Assembly: GCA_963792585.1 (NCBI GenBank)
Contig: CAWBWI010000002.1
Coordinates: forward strand, 288,001-352,000
Direction of reading: 5' to 3'
Length of the DNA: 64,000 nucleotides
Source: Candidatus Eiseniibacteriota bacterium
GTDB lineage: Bacteria; Eisenbacteria; RBG-16-71-46; CAIMUX01; VGJL01
Below are positions 1-11,312 of this stretch, piece by piece. Both the position numbers and the translations under genes were made by a program. The stretch's first letter is position 1. Each line of letters begins with the position of its first letter. The notes under the pieces are model-generated. The model saw only the letters and a program-made list of their open reading frames with translations, made no database searches and was not told the DNA's origin.

Positions 1-1299
1 CGAGATGATGATCGGCCTGCTCGGCGAGGCTGGGTGGGAAGTCAGTCCGGAGCCGGCCGTCGCGGACGTCATCCTCCTGAACACCTGCGCCGTTCGCGAA
101 AGGGCGGAAGAGCGAATTGCCGGTCGAGTCAAGGCGCTCGCCCGATTGAAGCGCTACCGACCCGACCTTCGGATCGGCCTTGCCGGCTGTATGGCGCGGC
201 ATCTCGGCGAAGGGGTTCTCGAGAAGCTTCCGGAGGTCGACATCCTGGTCGGGCCGGACTCGTATCGCCGTCTCGCGGAGATCCTGGCGCGCACCGACGA
301 GGGGCCCCTCGTTGATCTGACCCTCGATAAACAGGAGAGGTACGAGGGAATCGCGCCTTCGCGCCCCGGCGCCCTCCACTCGTGGGTTCCGATCATGCGC
401 GGCTGCGACCGGTTCTGCACCTTCTGTGTCGTTCCTCTCGTGCGCGGTCGGGAGAAGAGCCTTCCCGCGGCCGAGTTGGTCCGGCAGATCGAGGACCTCG
501 TGGAGGAAGGGACGATCGCCGTGACCCTGCTTGGGCAGACGGTCAACTCCTACCATGACGGCGAGGTCGACTTCGGCAGATCTGCTCGACCGGATCGCCC
601 AGATCCCCGGCCTCGCGAGGATCCGGTTCACTTCTCCGCACCCTGCGGACTTCACGCGTGAGGTTTTCGAAGTGATGGCCTCCCATCCGAATCTGTGCAA
701 GCACATCCACCTGCCCGTGCAGAGCGGGTCGACCCGGCTGCTCGAGTCGATGAAGCGAGGGCACACGCGGGGCGATTTCCTCGAGCTCGTCGCGACGCTC
801 CGCGGAATTATCCCCGAGATAGCGCTGACGACCGATCTCATGACCGGCTTCCCGGGCGAGACTCGGGAGGATTTCGAGGAGACCCTCTCGCTGATGCGCG
901 AGGTCCGCTTCGACGGCGCCTTCCTTTTCCGCTACTCGCCGAGGCCGGGGACCTACGCGTACCGGCGTCAGGCCGACGATGTACCCGACCCCGAGAAGGC
1001 GCGCAGGCTCGAAGAGATGATCTCCCTGCAGGAGCAGATCTCGGCCGAGCGCTACGCGGCCTGGATCGGCCGCGAGGTCGAGGTTTTGCCCGAGGGGCCC
1101 GCCCGCAGGGATCCGGCTAGTCTCCGGGGGAAGTAGCGACGACTTCAAGACGGTGATCTTCCCCGCGGATGCGTTGCCGCTCGGAGCGCTCCGGCGTGTC
1201 ACGATCGCGCGCGCGACTTCGCACACGCTGATCGCTCACGGCGTCGAGACCCATACCGGCGAGGACCTCCTCGCGGAGCTTCCGAACGTCGAAGGCTGA
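1..1299 (+). CDS. miaB: tRNA-2-methylthio-N6-dimethylallyladenosine synthase MiaB (5'-truncated by window; two apparent frameshifts)
   Basis: N-terminal LNTCAVRERAE and GCMA motifs; radical SAM CDRFCTFC; LLGQTVNSY; RIRFTSPHP; HLPVQSGS. Frameshifts at ~575 and ~1134. After the second, a TRAM-like tail (KSDDFKTVIFP...RRVTIARATSHTLI) ends at TGA 1297-1299. Confidence 0.9.
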
Positions 1300-1308
1300 G
1301 TCGTTCGC

Positions 1309-1995
1309 CTACCGGTAAAGCGGATCGATGGACGCACCGTCCTGCGGGAGCGCCTCGCTTCGAACCGGCAAGTAGCGATACCAGCGCCGCACCGCAAAGA
1401 GGATCACGCAGACCCCTGCCACGATCTGGAAGGTGAGCAAGATCATCTCCGTCCCGATCATTCGGTTGAACGCGAGGCGGGTCGGATCGTCGGCGGCAAG
1501 TGCGTCGAGGGGACCCGCGAGGCCGGCGAGAAGGGACTTGATCCGCGGCGTGAGCATGAGCTGCGAGCCCACCGAGGCGGCCGTCATGGTGACCAGGAGT
1601 CCCGTCTGCGCGAGCGTGGTTCGGGTCTCGCGGAGCGACAGCAGGTGCATCAGCAGGGTCGTGAGCAACAGCAACGCGCCGGCGCCGCAACCGAGAAACG
1701 CGGACTCCTCGAGGATGGCCAGGATCGCTTGCGCGGCGAGTTCGCGGCTCGGCAGGGTCGAGATCAGAACGGGGAAACCGACCAGGGCGAAACCCGCAAG
1801 CGAGCCCACCCAGATCATCAGCACGAGCGCGTGGGTGAATTCGAGGACGGTCAGGCCCAGGTTCGTCCTGCGGATCCTCGGGAAGAGAATGACCTTGCCG
1901 CCCTCCGCGGGGCGCGCGGGTCCGTTGCCTGCCAAGTCGTGTCCTCCTCGGCCCCCCTTGGCCGGTAAGTATATCGGCCGAAAAGCGCAGTTCAC
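1309..1995 (-). CDS. DUF4149/TMEM205-like four-helix membrane protein
   Basis: Four hydrophobic helices; 'IWVGSLAGFALVGFPVL' and 'LTPRIKSL...AFNRM' resemble DUF4149. Start uncertain. Confidence 0.6.
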   Translation of the reverse strand: MNCAFRPIYLPAKGGRGGHDLAGNGPARPAEGGKVILFPRIRRTNLGLTVLEFTHALVLMIWVGSLAGFALVGFPVLISTLPSRELAAQAILAILEESAFLGCGAGALLLLTTLLMHLLSLRETRTTLAQTGLLVTMTAASVGSQLMLTPRIKSLLAGLAGPLDALAADDPTRLAFNRMIGTEMILLTFQIVAGVCVILFAVRRWYRYLPVRSEALPQDGASIDPLYR

Positions 1996-2051
1996 AACAG
2001 TTCCAATGCTGGTCGATGCGGGTTGACCCCCGGAGGGCAGGGGTGAAATGA

Positions 2052-3290
2052 TTGCCGGTCATGGAAAGCTGGATTTACCTCGACAATGCCGCAACCACCC
2101 CGATCGACCCGAGGGTCCTCGAGGCGATGATGCCGTACCTTACCGACCGTTTCGGCAACGCCGCGAGCCACAGCCATGCCTTCGGCTGGGAGGCGGAGGA
2201 GGCGGTCGAAGGGGCTCGCAAGCAGATCTCCCGCCTGATCAACGTCAACGCGCGCGAGATATTCTTCACGAGCGGGGCGACCGAGTCGAACAACATGGCC
2301 ATCAAGGGGGTTGCGGCGGCGTACCGGGCCAAGGGCAACCACATCATCACGACGGCGATCGAGCACAAGGCCGTCCTCGACGTCTGCCAAGTTCTCGAAA
2401 AGCAGGGGATCGAGACGACCTACCTGCCCGTAGATCGCAAGGGCCTCCTCGACCCCGAGGCGGTGCGGGCTGCAATTCGGGAATCGACGATCCTGGTCTC
2501 GGTCATCCATGCGAACAACGAAATCGGAGTGATTCAGGACGTCGCGGCGATCGGGAATATCTGCAAGGATCGTGGGGTGATTTTCCACACCGATGCGGTC
2601 CAGGCGATCGGCAAGATCCCCTTCGATGCGCAGGCGATCTCCGCCGACCTCGTCTCTCTGTCGGGCCACAAGATCTATGGGCCGAAGGGGGTCGGCGCCC
2701 TCTTCGTCCGGCGCAAGAACCCGAGGGTCGCGCTGGCACCCTTGATCGATGGGGGAGGGCACGAAGCGGGCCTGCGTTCCGGCACCCTCAATGTGCCCGG
2801 GATCGTCGGTCTCGGCCGGGCGTGCGAACTCTCTCGGCTCGAGATGCCGGAGGAGGCGCCGCGGCTCGCCGCGATGCGCGATCGGCTCCGCGAGTCGATC
2901 CTCGCGCGCCTCGAGGAGGTCAGCGTCAACGGCGATATCGAGCGCCGCCTCCCGGGCAATCTCAATCTGAGCTTTTCGTACGTCGAGGGCGAGGCTTTGA
3001 TGATGAGCCTGAAGGGAATTGCCGTCTCGAGCGGCAGCGCATGCACGTCGGCGAGTCTCGAACCCTCCCACGTGCTCAAGGCCCTCGGGGTGAGCGAGGA
3101 ACTCGCCCATGCATCGATCCGATTCAGCCTCGGCCGGTTCAACACCGCAACCGAGATCGAGCGGGTCGCCGACACGGTTGTTGAGAAGGTCGGACGCCTC
3201 CGCCAGCTCTCGCCCCTCTATGAGATGGTGCGGGAAACGGCGGCGCGCGCTCCGAAGGATGGGACCCAAACCGGGCGTCCGCGCCCGTGA
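2052..3290 (+). CDS. iscS: cysteine desulfurase IscS
   Basis: [30 protein letters not shown] (PLP lysine), [27 protein letters not shown]. Confidence 0.95.
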   Translation: MPVMESWIYLDNAATTPIDPRVLEAMMPYLTDRFGNAASHSHAFGWEAEEAVEGARKQISRLINVNAREIFFTSGATESNNMAIKGVAAAYRAKGNHIITTAIEHKAVLDVCQVLEKQGIETTYLPVDRKGLLDPEAVRAAIRESTILVSVIHANNEIGVIQDVAAIGNICKDRGVIFHTDAVQAIGKIPFDAQAISADLVSLSGHKIYGPKGVGALFVRRKNPRVALAPLIDGGGHEAGLRSGTLNVPGIVGLGRACELSRLEMPEEAPRLAAMRDRLRESILARLEEVSVNGDIERRLPGNLNLSFSYVEGEALMMSLKGIAVSSGSACTSASLEPSHVLKALGVSEELAHASIRFSLGRFNTATEIERVADTVVEKVGRLRQLSPLYEMVRETAARAPKDGTQTGRPRP

Positions 3291-3306
3291 AGAGGAATCG
3301 ATAGAG

Positions 3307-3636
3307 ATGACGATCGAACTGACCGAAGCCGCGGTCACCGCGGTCAAGCAAGCAATGGAAGAGGAGAAGGCTCCCGCCGAGACCTACCTCCGCATCGGCG
3401 TGCGCGCGGGCGGCTGCTCCGGGTATTCCTATGTCCTCGCATTCGAGGGCGCGGCCCAGGCCGATGACACGGTGATCGAGAAGGACGGGGTGCGGGTCCT
3501 GATCGACCCGAAGAGCGAGATGATCCTCGCCGGCACGACCCTGGACTACTCGAGCGGCCTGAACGGGCAAGGGTTCGTCTTCAGCAACCCGAACGCCACG
3601 GGCGGTTGCGGGTGCGGGAGTTCGTTCACGGTCTAG
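3307..3636 (+). CDS. iscA: A-type Fe-S cluster carrier (IscA/ErpA/HesB family)
   Basis: GGCSGYSY and C-terminal NPNATGGCGCGSSF; directly downstream of iscS. Confidence 0.9.
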   Translation: MTIELTEAAVTAVKQAMEEEKAPAETYLRIGVRAGGCSGYSYVLAFEGAAQADDTVIEKDGVRVLIDPKSEMILAGTTLDYSSGLNGQGFVFSNPNATGGCGCGSSFTV

Positions 3637-3860
3637 CCGGGACGGACCTGCGCACAGGTCTAGAGGGACGTTCGTCCGCACGATCGCACCGGGCGGGGAC
3701 GTCCCTCGCGATTTTGCGCGCGGCAGCGCCTTCTGTGACCTGGAGGTCGTGTTTGAGAGCCGCACCCGGAAGCCCCACTCGTGAACGGCGCCCGGAGACC
3801 GTCCCCGGAAACCGCGTGCAATGCGCGTGGAAACCGCCTGGAACCAAGGCGGGTGAAATT

Positions 3861-3869
3861 TGGTACAAT
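3861..3869 (+). promoter_or_regulatory. putative extended -10 promoter element for the lipoprotein triplet
   Basis: TGGTACAAT (TGnTAnnnT) ~50 bp upstream of GGAGG RBS and ATG 3916. Confidence 0.45.
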
Positions 3870-3915
3870 CGATGCGGCCCGTTCCGGCAATAGACCCCTA
3901 ACGCGGAGGTCGCTC

Positions 3916-4554
3916 ATGCGCTCTTGGCCGCTCCTGATTGCTGTGCCTCTGGTCCTGTTCCTGGGCTGTGCTTCGGATTCGAACGAGAAGGAACCGGACC
4001 CGGATCCGTCCCTATACGTGCCGCAGACGAGCATCCCCAACGTCCTCGCGAACCTGATGCGGGGCTACGAGGAAAAGAACTACGGGGAGTACCGAAAGCT
4101 CCTCGACGCGCCCTTTGAGTACGTCTTTGCTCCCCAGGATGTCGGCGGACCAAACAACATCCCGGGCTCGTGGGGGCTCGCGGACGAGCTGACGAGCGCG
4201 AACAACTTGTTTAGTGGTCTGCCAAATCGGGACAACTACTGGGCTGATACGATCAAGCTCGCCTTCACGGCGGGCGCCGACACCCCCACGGATTTGAACC
4301 CGAACTGGCGGAAGGTTGTCCTCTCGAACGTGAACCTCGAGATCGAGAGCAGGGAGATGACGAGTTCGGATCCTCTGACCTACCAGGTCATCGGGGACAA
4401 GGCGGAGCTGTACTTCGTGCAGACGGACGAGACGGCGCCGGGGACGGATTTGCGTATCTGGAAGATCGTCCGGTGGGTGGACAAGCCGTTCACCCTGCAG
4501 GCCGGTAAGACGAATAGCACCACCTGGGGCTCGATCCGGGGTCTCTATCGCTGA
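3916..4554 (+). CDS. predicted lipoprotein, paralog 1 of 3, C-terminal TWG motif
   Basis: GGAGG RBS; signal peptide with lipobox FLGC; ends STTWGSIRGLYR; clearly similar to the next two ORFs. Confidence 0.8.
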   Translation: MRSWPLLIAVPLVLFLGCASDSNEKEPDPDPSLYVPQTSIPNVLANLMRGYEEKNYGEYRKLLDAPFEYVFAPQDVGGPNNIPGSWGLADELTSANNLFSGLPNRDNYWADTIKLAFTAGADTPTDLNPNWRKVVLSNVNLEIESREMTSSDPLTYQVIGDKAELYFVQTDETAPGTDLRIWKIVRWVDKPFTLQAGKTNSTTWGSIRGLYR

Positions 4555-4600
4555 GCGCGGGCGGAATCTCCGACCCGGCTACCGAATCACGGAGGCATCG

Positions 4601-5242
4601 ATGCGAACGAGAGTCCTGCCTTTCTTGCTCCTCACGGTGATCCTCGCCGGGGGATGTGCGTCGGATTCGAAGAAGAAGGAACCGGACCCGGATCCGTCGC
4701 TCTACCTGTCTCAGACGAGCATCGCGAATGTCCTGGCGAACATGACCCGCGCCTACGAAGAGATGAACTACGAGGAGTACCGAAAGCTCCTGCATGTCTC
4801 CTTCGTCTACATCTTCGCGCCGCAGGACATCGGCGGGAACAACAACATCCCTTCGAGTTGGGGACTCCCGGACGATCTGTTGAGCGCGGCCCACATGTTC
4901 GGTCACGAGGTCAACCGTGACGGCTATGTCGCCGAATCGATCACACTCACCTTCGCGGCAAGTCCCGACGACTCGACCGATCTGGGGCCGAACTGGCGAA
5001 AGGTCGTTCTCTCCAACGTCAACCTGGAGGTCCTCAGCCGGTACGAAACGAGCGGCGACTATTTGATCTACCAGGTTCTCGGTGACAAAGCGGACCTCTA
5101 CCTCGTGGAGACCGCAGAGACCGCGCCGGGCACGAGTCAGCGCATCTGGAAAATCATCCGGTGGGAGGACAAGCCGATCTCCTATGGCGCCGCGATGACT
5201 CAGGGCGCCACCTGGGGGCTGATCAAGGCTGCCTTTCACTAG
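4601..5242 (+). CDS. predicted lipoprotein, paralog 2 of 3, C-terminal TWG motif
   Basis: Lipobox-like AGGC; shared blocks FAPQDIGG, WRKVVLSNVNLEV, YQVLGDKA, RIWKIIRWEDKP; ends ATWGLIKAAFH. Confidence 0.8.
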   Translation: MRTRVLPFLLLTVILAGGCASDSKKKEPDPDPSLYLSQTSIANVLANMTRAYEEMNYEEYRKLLHVSFVYIFAPQDIGGNNNIPSSWGLPDDLLSAAHMFGHEVNRDGYVAESITLTFAASPDDSTDLGPNWRKVVLSNVNLEVLSRYETSGDYLIYQVLGDKADLYLVETAETAPGTSQRIWKIIRWEDKPISYGAAMTQGATWGLIKAAFH

Positions 5243-5278
5243 GCACCAAGTCCTGCGGACGGGAATACGGAGGCATCG

Positions 5279-5914
5279 ATGCGAACGCGAATGCTGGTGA
5301 TATCGCTCTTCATCATGATGTTTGCCGCGGGCTGTCCCTCGGATTCGAAGAAGGAGACGGGGCACACCCCGCTGGAACTCCAGCCGACCAGCATCACCAA
5401 CCTCCTGACCATCTTCACAGGCGCCTACCGGGGGCGGAATTACGATGAGTACCGCAACCTCTTCGACGACGCCTTCGTCTATGTCTTCGCCCCCCAGGAT
5501 ATCGGCGGGCCGAACAACATCCCGGCTGAATGGAGCCTGACCGAGGATATGCTGAGCACGCAGCACATGTTTGCGGACGCAGTAAATCGAGACGGCTATC
5601 GGACTGAACAAATCCACCTCACCTTCACGCCGGGCGCCGACACCGCAACCGACCTGAACCCGGATTGGCGGAAGGTCGTTCTCGCCAACGTCAACCTGGA
5701 GGTCGCGGCGCTAGAAGGAACAAGCAATGATCCCATGACTTACCAAGTCATCGGGGACAAGGCGAACCTCTACTTCGTCCAGACGGACGAGACCGTGCCG
5801 GGAACGGATCTGCGCATCTGGAAGATCGTCCGGTGGGAGGACAGGCCGATCTCTCTGGCAAGCGCGATGAGCCGGAATGTGACTTGGGGGCTGATCAAGG
5901 CCAACTGGAGGTAG
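5279..5914 (+). CDS. predicted lipoprotein, paralog 3 of 3, C-terminal TWG motif
   Basis: Lipobox AAGC; same conserved blocks; ends VTWGLIKANWR; RBS/start region ACGGAGGCATCGATGCGAACG is identical to that of paralog 2. Confidence 0.8.
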   Translation: MRTRMLVISLFIMMFAAGCPSDSKKETGHTPLELQPTSITNLLTIFTGAYRGRNYDEYRNLFDDAFVYVFAPQDIGGPNNIPAEWSLTEDMLSTQHMFADAVNRDGYRTEQIHLTFTPGADTATDLNPDWRKVVLANVNLEVAALEGTSNDPMTYQVIGDKANLYFVQTDETVPGTDLRIWKIVRWEDRPISLASAMSRNVTWGLIKANWR

Positions 5915-5915
5915 C

Positions 5916-6332
5916 GTGGAGCCGTTCGCCTACACCGTGCCCGTTCGTTTCCATGAAGTCGATTCCGCCGGTATCGTCTTCTTCGCGCGGATCTTCCAGT
6001 ACCATCACGATGCCTACGAGGCGTGGGTCCGCGCGATCGGTTGGCCCCTCGACCCCACGATCTGGGAGCGCGGCTACGGCCTTCCCCTCGTGCATGCGGA
6101 GGCCGATTTCTCCGCCCCGATCCGGCTGGGGCAGGAGGTCCGGATCCGTCTGCGGCCGACCGCGGTCGGAACGAAATCGATGACGGTTCGATCCGAGTTG
6201 CACGGCCCCGATGATGCGCGGCTCGCCGTCGTGACGACCGTTCACTGTTGCGTGGACCCGAAGTCGAAGCAGCCGATTCCTTTGCCGGAAGGGCTGCGAA
6301 AGGCGATCGAGGCCTACCTGCCGCCGGCGTAG
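5916..6332 (+). CDS. hotdog-fold acyl-CoA thioesterase, probable 1,4-dihydroxy-2-naphthoyl-CoA hydrolase
   Basis: VRFHEVDSAGIVFF 4HBT motif and LPLVHAEADFSAP; abuts the men operon, which lacks this step. Confidence 0.7.
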   Translation: MEPFAYTVPVRFHEVDSAGIVFFARIFQYHHDAYEAWVRAIGWPLDPTIWERGYGLPLVHAEADFSAPIRLGQEVRIRLRPTAVGTKSMTVRSELHGPDDARLAVVTTVHCCVDPKSKQPIPLPEGLRKAIEAYLPPA

Positions 6333-7721
6333 CGCGCGCGGATCCCCGCCCGATCGGGCTTGCCGTTCGAGAGGCGGGGAATTTCGTCCGCGAAGACGAT
6401 CCGCGGGATCTTGTACCGGGCGATCCGCTCCTCCAGGAATCGCTCCAGGACGCCGGTTTCGGGCGGCGTTCCTCGGAGAACCACCACCGCAAGGGGACGT
6501 TGTCCCCACTCCGGATCGTCGATCCCGATGACCATGAGATCGGCCACGGCCGCGTGCTTTCGCAGGTGCGCCTCGATCTCGGCCGGATAGATATTCTCCC
6601 CGCCGGAGACGATCAGATCATCCCGCCGCGCGACGACATGAAGGCACCCCTCAGCGTCGAGGCGGCCGATGTCGCCGGTGCGAAGCCAGCCGTCATGGAT
6701 CGCGGCGCGCGTTGCCGTCCGCTCGCGCAGATATCCCTTCATCACGACCGGCCCGCGGACCTCGATCGATCCTTCGGTTTCCGCGGGCAGTTCCGCGCTC
6801 GCTTCGTCCACGATCCGGATGCGGACGCCGGGGAGGGGCCTCCCCGCGCTGTGGCGCTCCCCGCGCGATGCGTCCGGTGAGACGAGCGTCGCCATCGAGC
6901 AGCTCTCAGTGAGGCCGTAACTCGCCAGCACCGCGGGATGGGCCTCGATCAGATCGTCGCCGACCGGCCCGCCGCCCGCCACGATCGCACGCAGGCTGGG
7001 CGGAAAGGGGCGGCGGTCCCGCGCGTCGATCACACGACGGAGCATCGTCTCGACGAGGGAGACGATGGTCACCCCTTCCTCGTCGATCGCCTGGCCGACC
7101 GCATCGGGAGCGAACGCATCGTGCAGGATGATGTCGGTCCCGGTCTTGAAGACAGCGATGAACGATGTTGAGGCCGCCGACGTGGAAGAGGGGCATGCAG
7201 AGCAGCCAGCGATCGCCGGGACGCACCCCGAGCGCGCGGGCGCTCGCTCGGGCGTGGGCGCGGTGATTGCCGATGGTGAGGACCGCCGCCTTTGGATGCC
7301 CCGTCGTGCCGGAGGTGAAGAGAATCGTACGGGGCCTGGCGCGATCGAAGGAGGGACGCGGCGAAGGGGCCGGCCTCCCCGCGTCAAAGGCATCGTCCAT
7401 CGAATGGGCATTGGCCGGCGCCTGCGCGAGATGCCCTGCAGCCGCGAAGAGCCTGACTACCTTCGCGCGTTCGACCTGCCATGCGATCTCCTCCGGTCCG
7501 AGCCGGGGGCTCAGGGGGACGAGGACGGCGCCGATCCTTGCGACAGCCCACGCCAGAGCGATCCAGTCAAGGCTGTTGGCGCCGAGGATCCCGACGGCTT
7601 CTCTCTCCCGTACCCGCATGCGGCCGAGCCCGGCGATCGCCGCCTCGATCCGCTCCTCGGTTTCCTGCGGGGCGACCCATCGCCCGCGCCAGTGGATGCG
7701 CGGGGCGCTCTCCGTTCTCAT
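6314..7721 (-). CDS. menE: o-succinylbenzoate-CoA ligase MenE (one apparent frameshift at ~7142)
   Basis: AMP-binding [47 protein letters not shown]; last gene of the men operon; joins ORFs 6906-7721 and 6314-7411. Confidence 0.88.
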
Positions 7722-8737
7722 CTGCCCGGTTCCATCGCGATCTCGACCCCAAGTCCCGGCGAGGCCGGCAGGCGCATCATTCCGCGGACGGGGACCGCGA
7801 GGCCGCGCACGGGATTCTCAGCAAGGTTGGTCGCCGTGGCGAGGCCGTGCGCCCGCTCGTTGCCGGGAAGGGCGCAGGCCACGTGGAGTGCGGCGGCGAT
7901 TCCAACGGGGGTGTCGAGGATCGAGGTCACGACGATGCCGATCCCTTCATCCGACGCCTGGCGCGCGATCGCGAACGCCGCGCGCACCCCGATCGCCATC
8001 GGTTTGAGCACGATCAGGTCGGCGGAGTGTGAGCGGATCAAGCGCCGCGCGTCGTCAATGCTCCGGATCGACTCGTCCGCGGCGATCGGGATTCCGCTTC
8101 CGTTGCGGACATAGGAGAGTTCGCCGTCGATCGGCTCCTCGATATACTCGATCCCGTAGCGCTCGAAGCGTCGCAGCGCCAGGAGCGCGGTCTCGAGCTT
8201 CCACCGGCGGTTGGCGTCGAGCCTCAGGCGCACGTCCGGGCCGACCGCCTCCCGGACGGCGGCGATCCTCTTCTCGTCCTTCAGGTACGAGGTCGAGCCG
8301 ACCTTGAGCTTCAGAGTTTCGTAGCCGTGGGCGACTGCCCGCACCGCCTCTTCCGCCGCCTTGGCGGGGATCGTCTCGAGGAGGAGCAGGTTGCATGCGA
8401 CGGCCGCGAGGGGTTCGGGCGTAAACGTCTCTGCGAGCCTTCGGCCGTCGCGGCGACACTCGAGGTCCAGCCGCGCGAGGTCCCCCCCGATCCGCACGAA
8501 GGGGGATGAGCGCATGAGCCGTGGGACGTCGGAGTCGATCCGGCGCCTGAACTCGATATCCGCGATCGAGCGGGTCATCTCTTCGGGCATCGGCGCGGCT
8601 TCGCCGTAGCCCTGATTGCCGTCCGCATCCATCGCGAGGATCCAGTAGCCGCGCCGTGTGCGGTAGACCCCTCGGGACGTGGCCACGGGCCGCCGAAACG
8701 GGATCGCGTAGGGGATCATCCGATACCGGATGGTCAC
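7718..8737 (-). CDS. menC: o-succinylbenzoate synthase MenC
   Basis: Enolase-superfamily KLKVG, DANRRW, EEP, ADES, LKP motifs; GTG start overlaps the menA stop. Confidence 0.88.
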   Translation of the reverse strand: MTIRYRMIPYAIPFRRPVATSRGVYRTRRGYWILAMDADGNQGYGEAAPMPEEMTRSIADIEFRRRIDSDVPRLMRSSPFVRIGGDLARLDLECRRDGRRLAETFTPEPLAAVACNLLLLETIPAKAAEEAVRAVAHGYETLKLKVGSTSYLKDEKRIAAVREAVGPDVRLRLDANRRWKLETALLALRRFERYGIEYIEEPIDGELSYVRNGSGIPIAADESIRSIDDARRLIRSHSADLIVLKPMAIGVRAAFAIARQASDEGIGIVVTSILDTPVGIAAALHVACALPGNERAHGLATATNLAENPVRGLAVPVRGMMRLPASPGLGVEIAMEPGR

Positions 8738-9633
8738 AGGATCACCCCCAGCGAAAGCAGGAGCCCAAAGACCAGGAGGAGCCTCGATGTTCCCACGAGC
8801 AGCCGGACATGCTCTTCCGGACCGATCGCCCGGAAGCAGCGTCGCACCAGGGGCGCCGCCAGCGGGAGCCCCAGCAGCGGGAGCAGGCCCCCGATCGGAA
8901 GCGACCGTGCGAGCACGAGCGCCACGGGGATCGCGAAGCTCGTCGCGAGAAGCGCGCTGTACTCGATCCGTCCGAAGGTCCGCCCATGACGGGCGACCAA
9001 GGTGAGCTTGCCGGACCGTCGATCGGTCTCCGCGTCGCGGAGGTTGTTGGCCACCAGGATCGCCGTCGAGAGAAGCCCGATCGGGCATGCGAGCAGGATC
9101 ACGAGCGGCGTCACCCGGAGGGCCTGCACGTAGTAGGTTCCCCCGACCGCAGCGAGCCCGAAGAAGACGAACACGAAGATCTCCCCGAGGCCGTGGTAGC
9201 CGAGCGGAAACGGTCCCCCTGTGTACGCAAGCCCCGACAGGAGTGACAGGATTCCGACGGCCGCGATCGGCCATCCTGCGACGGCGACCAGGTAGATCCC
9301 GCACAGGAAGGCGATCCCGCATGCGATCGCCGTTGCGGACCGGATCTGCCTCCGCGTCACCAGCCCCGCTTGGGTGACGCGGATCGGGCCCTGCCGTTCG
9401 CGGTCGGCGCCTTTCACCGCGTCGAAGTAGTCATTGGCGAAGTTCGTGCCGATCTGGATCGCGATCGCGCCGAGAAGGGCCGCAAGGGCGGGGAGGAGCC
9501 GGAACGCGCCGTCCGCCCTCGCGAGGGCCGTCCCGACGACCACCGGTAGGATCGCGGCCGTCAAGGTGCGTGGCCGCGACGCCATCGCCCAGATCATGAG
9601 CGAGGATGGGCGAGTCGCAGCGGAGTCCATCAT
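8734..9633 (-). CDS. menA: 1,4-dihydroxy-2-naphthoate polyprenyltransferase MenA
   Basis: SRPRTL, NFANDYFDAVKGAD, YTGGPFPLGYHGLGE, NNLRDAETD. Confidence 0.95.
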   Translation of the reverse strand: MMDSAATRPSSLMIWAMASRPRTLTAAILPVVVGTALARADGAFRLLPALAALLGAIAIQIGTNFANDYFDAVKGADRERQGPIRVTQAGLVTRRQIRSATAIACGIAFLCGIYLVAVAGWPIAAVGILSLLSGLAYTGGPFPLGYHGLGEIFVFVFFGLAAVGGTYYVQALRVTPLVILLACPIGLLSTAILVANNLRDAETDRRSGKLTLVARHGRTFGRIEYSALLATSFAIPVALVLARSLPIGGLLPLLGLPLAAPLVRRCFRAIGPEEHVRLLVGTSRLLLVFGLLLSLGVIL

Positions 9634-9636
9634 CTC

Positions 9637-10467
9637 CTAGGGGAGGCGGGGGAAGCGGGAGAAATCGGGCTTACGCTTCTCGAGATAGGCGTTGCGCCCC
9701 TCCTGCGCCTCCTCGCTCATGTAGTAGAGCATGGTCGCGTTGCCGGCAAGTTCCTGGATTCCCGCCTCGCCGTCGGTGCGGGCATTGAACGCGGACTTCA
9801 GACACCGCAGCGCCAGAGGCGAGTGCTGGAGGATCTCCTCGCACCAGCGGAGCGTCTCCCTCTCGAGATCGGCCAGAGGAACGACGGCGTTCACCAGACC
9901 CATTTCGAACGCCTGGCGCGCGTCGTACTGGCGACAGAGAAACCAGACCTCCTTCGCCCGCTTCGGGCCGATCAGGTCCGCAAGCACGCTCGCGCCGAAT
10001 CCGCCGTCGAAGCTGCCGACCCGCGGTCCGGTCTGGCCGAAGCGGGCGTTGTCGGCCGCAATCGTCAGATCGCATACCAGGTGGAGGACGTGACCGCCGC
10101 CGATCGCATATCCCGCAACCATCGCGATGATCGGTTTCGGGCAGGAACGGATCTGCCTTTGCAGGTCGAGGACGTTCAGGCGCGGAACGCCGTCGGTTCC
10201 GACATATCCCGCCTCACCGCGGATCTTCTGATCTCCTCCCGAGCAGAAGGCCTGATCGCCGGCGCCCGCGAGGACGATCACACCGATCGCCGGGTCCTCC
10301 CGCGCGTCGTTGAGCGCGCGCGCCAGCTCGAAGAGGGTCGTCGGACGGAAGGCGTTGCGGACCTCGGGCCTGTTGATCACCAGCTTGGCGATCCCGCCTG
10401 CCTTGAGGTAGAGGATGTCCTCGAACTGCCCGACCTGCTGCCACTGGATTTGCATTGGGTCCTTCAC
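9637..10467 (-). CDS. menB: 1,4-dihydroxy-2-naphthoyl-CoA synthase MenB
   Basis: [41 protein letters not shown] 10467 overlaps the menH stop (alternative ATG 10455). Confidence 0.96.
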   Translation of the reverse strand: MKDPMQIQWQQVGQFEDILYLKAGGIAKLVINRPEVRNAFRPTTLFELARALNDAREDPAIGVIVLAGAGDQAFCSGGDQKIRGEAGYVGTDGVPRLNVLDLQRQIRSCPKPIIAMVAGYAIGGGHVLHLVCDLTIAADNARFGQTGPRVGSFDGGFGASVLADLIGPKRAKEVWFLCRQYDARQAFEMGLVNAVVPLADLERETLRWCEEILQHSPLALRCLKSAFNARTDGEAGIQELAGNATMLYYMSEEAQEGRNAYLEKRKPDFSRFPRLP

Positions 10468-11312
10468 GAATGGGATCCCTCCTTCGCGGCGAGGGGACTC
10501 AGGAACGAGGCCAGGACGGACGAGAACTCCTCGGGCCTCTCGAGCGGCACGGAGTGACCGGCCTCCGCAACGATCGCGACACGCGCACCCGCGATCCGCT
10601 CCGTCATCCACTCGGCGATCTGAGAGTACTTCGAATCGCGTCCGCCCGCGACCAGCAGAACCGGCATCGACAGCCGCTCGATCGAATCGCTCAACGGCCT
10701 CTGGGCGCCGACGCCGAAGGCGCGCAGGGCCGCCGCAAGCCCGAGGGGGTCCTGAGCGATCCGCGATCTGCGCACCCCGTCGCGCACCCCCTCCGGCAAC
10801 TCCTTCTGCGTCGCGAAGATCGGAAGCGATTCCCAGAGCTCCACGAACCGCTCGATTCCCGTCCTCTCGAGCAGGCCGGCCAACTCCTCGTCAGACGAGA
10901 CCCGTTGAGCCCGCTCGGCGGGAGTGTCGATGCCGGGTGAGGCGCCGACGAGGACCAGGCGTTCGACCCGCGCCATCTGCTGCAGGGCAAGGTGCAGAGC
11001 AAGTCGGCCTCCCATGGAGTAGCCGACGACGTCGTACCGCACAATGCCTATCCGGTCGAGCGCGTCCGCGATCGCAGCGGCCGCCCGATCCATGTTCCAC
11101 CCCTCTGGCGGAAGGGGCGCCGTCGTTTCCCCATGCCCGGGGAGATCCGGCAGAATGCAGAGGCGGGGCGCCAACGCCCTTGCGACCGGTAGCCAGTACC
11201 CGCCGTCCCCCGTGAAGCCGTGGAGGAAAAGGACCGGCGGTCGTTGCGACCCAGTCTCCACGATTCGCCAGGTCAGGTCGCCGGCAGTGACCTGTGTGGG
11301 CCTCAACTCCAC
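10464..11312 (-). CDS. menH: SHCHC synthase MenH
   Basis: Alpha/beta hydrolase [25 protein letters not shown]; lies between menD and menB. Confidence 0.9.
   Translation of the reverse strand: MELRPTQVTAGDLTWRIVETGSQRPPVLFLHGFTGDGGYWLPVARALAPRLCILPDLPGHGETTAPLPPEGWNMDRAAAAIADALDRIGIVRYDVVGYSMGGRLALHLALQQMARVERLVLVGASPGIDTPAERAQRVSSDEELAGLLERTGIERFVELWESLPIFATQKELPEGVRDGVRRSRIAQDPLGLAAALRAFGVGAQRPLSDSIERLSMPVLLVAGGRDSKYSQIAEWMTERIAGARVAIVAEAGHSVPLERPEEFSSVLASFLSPLAAKEGSHS

Noticed and set aside
1134..1136. TAG in miaB as pyrrolysine or readthrough
   Set aside because: In-frame readthrough gives RRLQDGDLP; the TRAM-like continuation is in another frame, so this is an indel.
3663..3708. GAGGGACGT...ACGTCCCTC hairpin after iscA sharing CACGATCGCACCGG with ~52483
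   Set aside because: Probably an ordinary terminator-like hairpin; one 14-nt match in high-GC DNA is too weak to call a repeat family.
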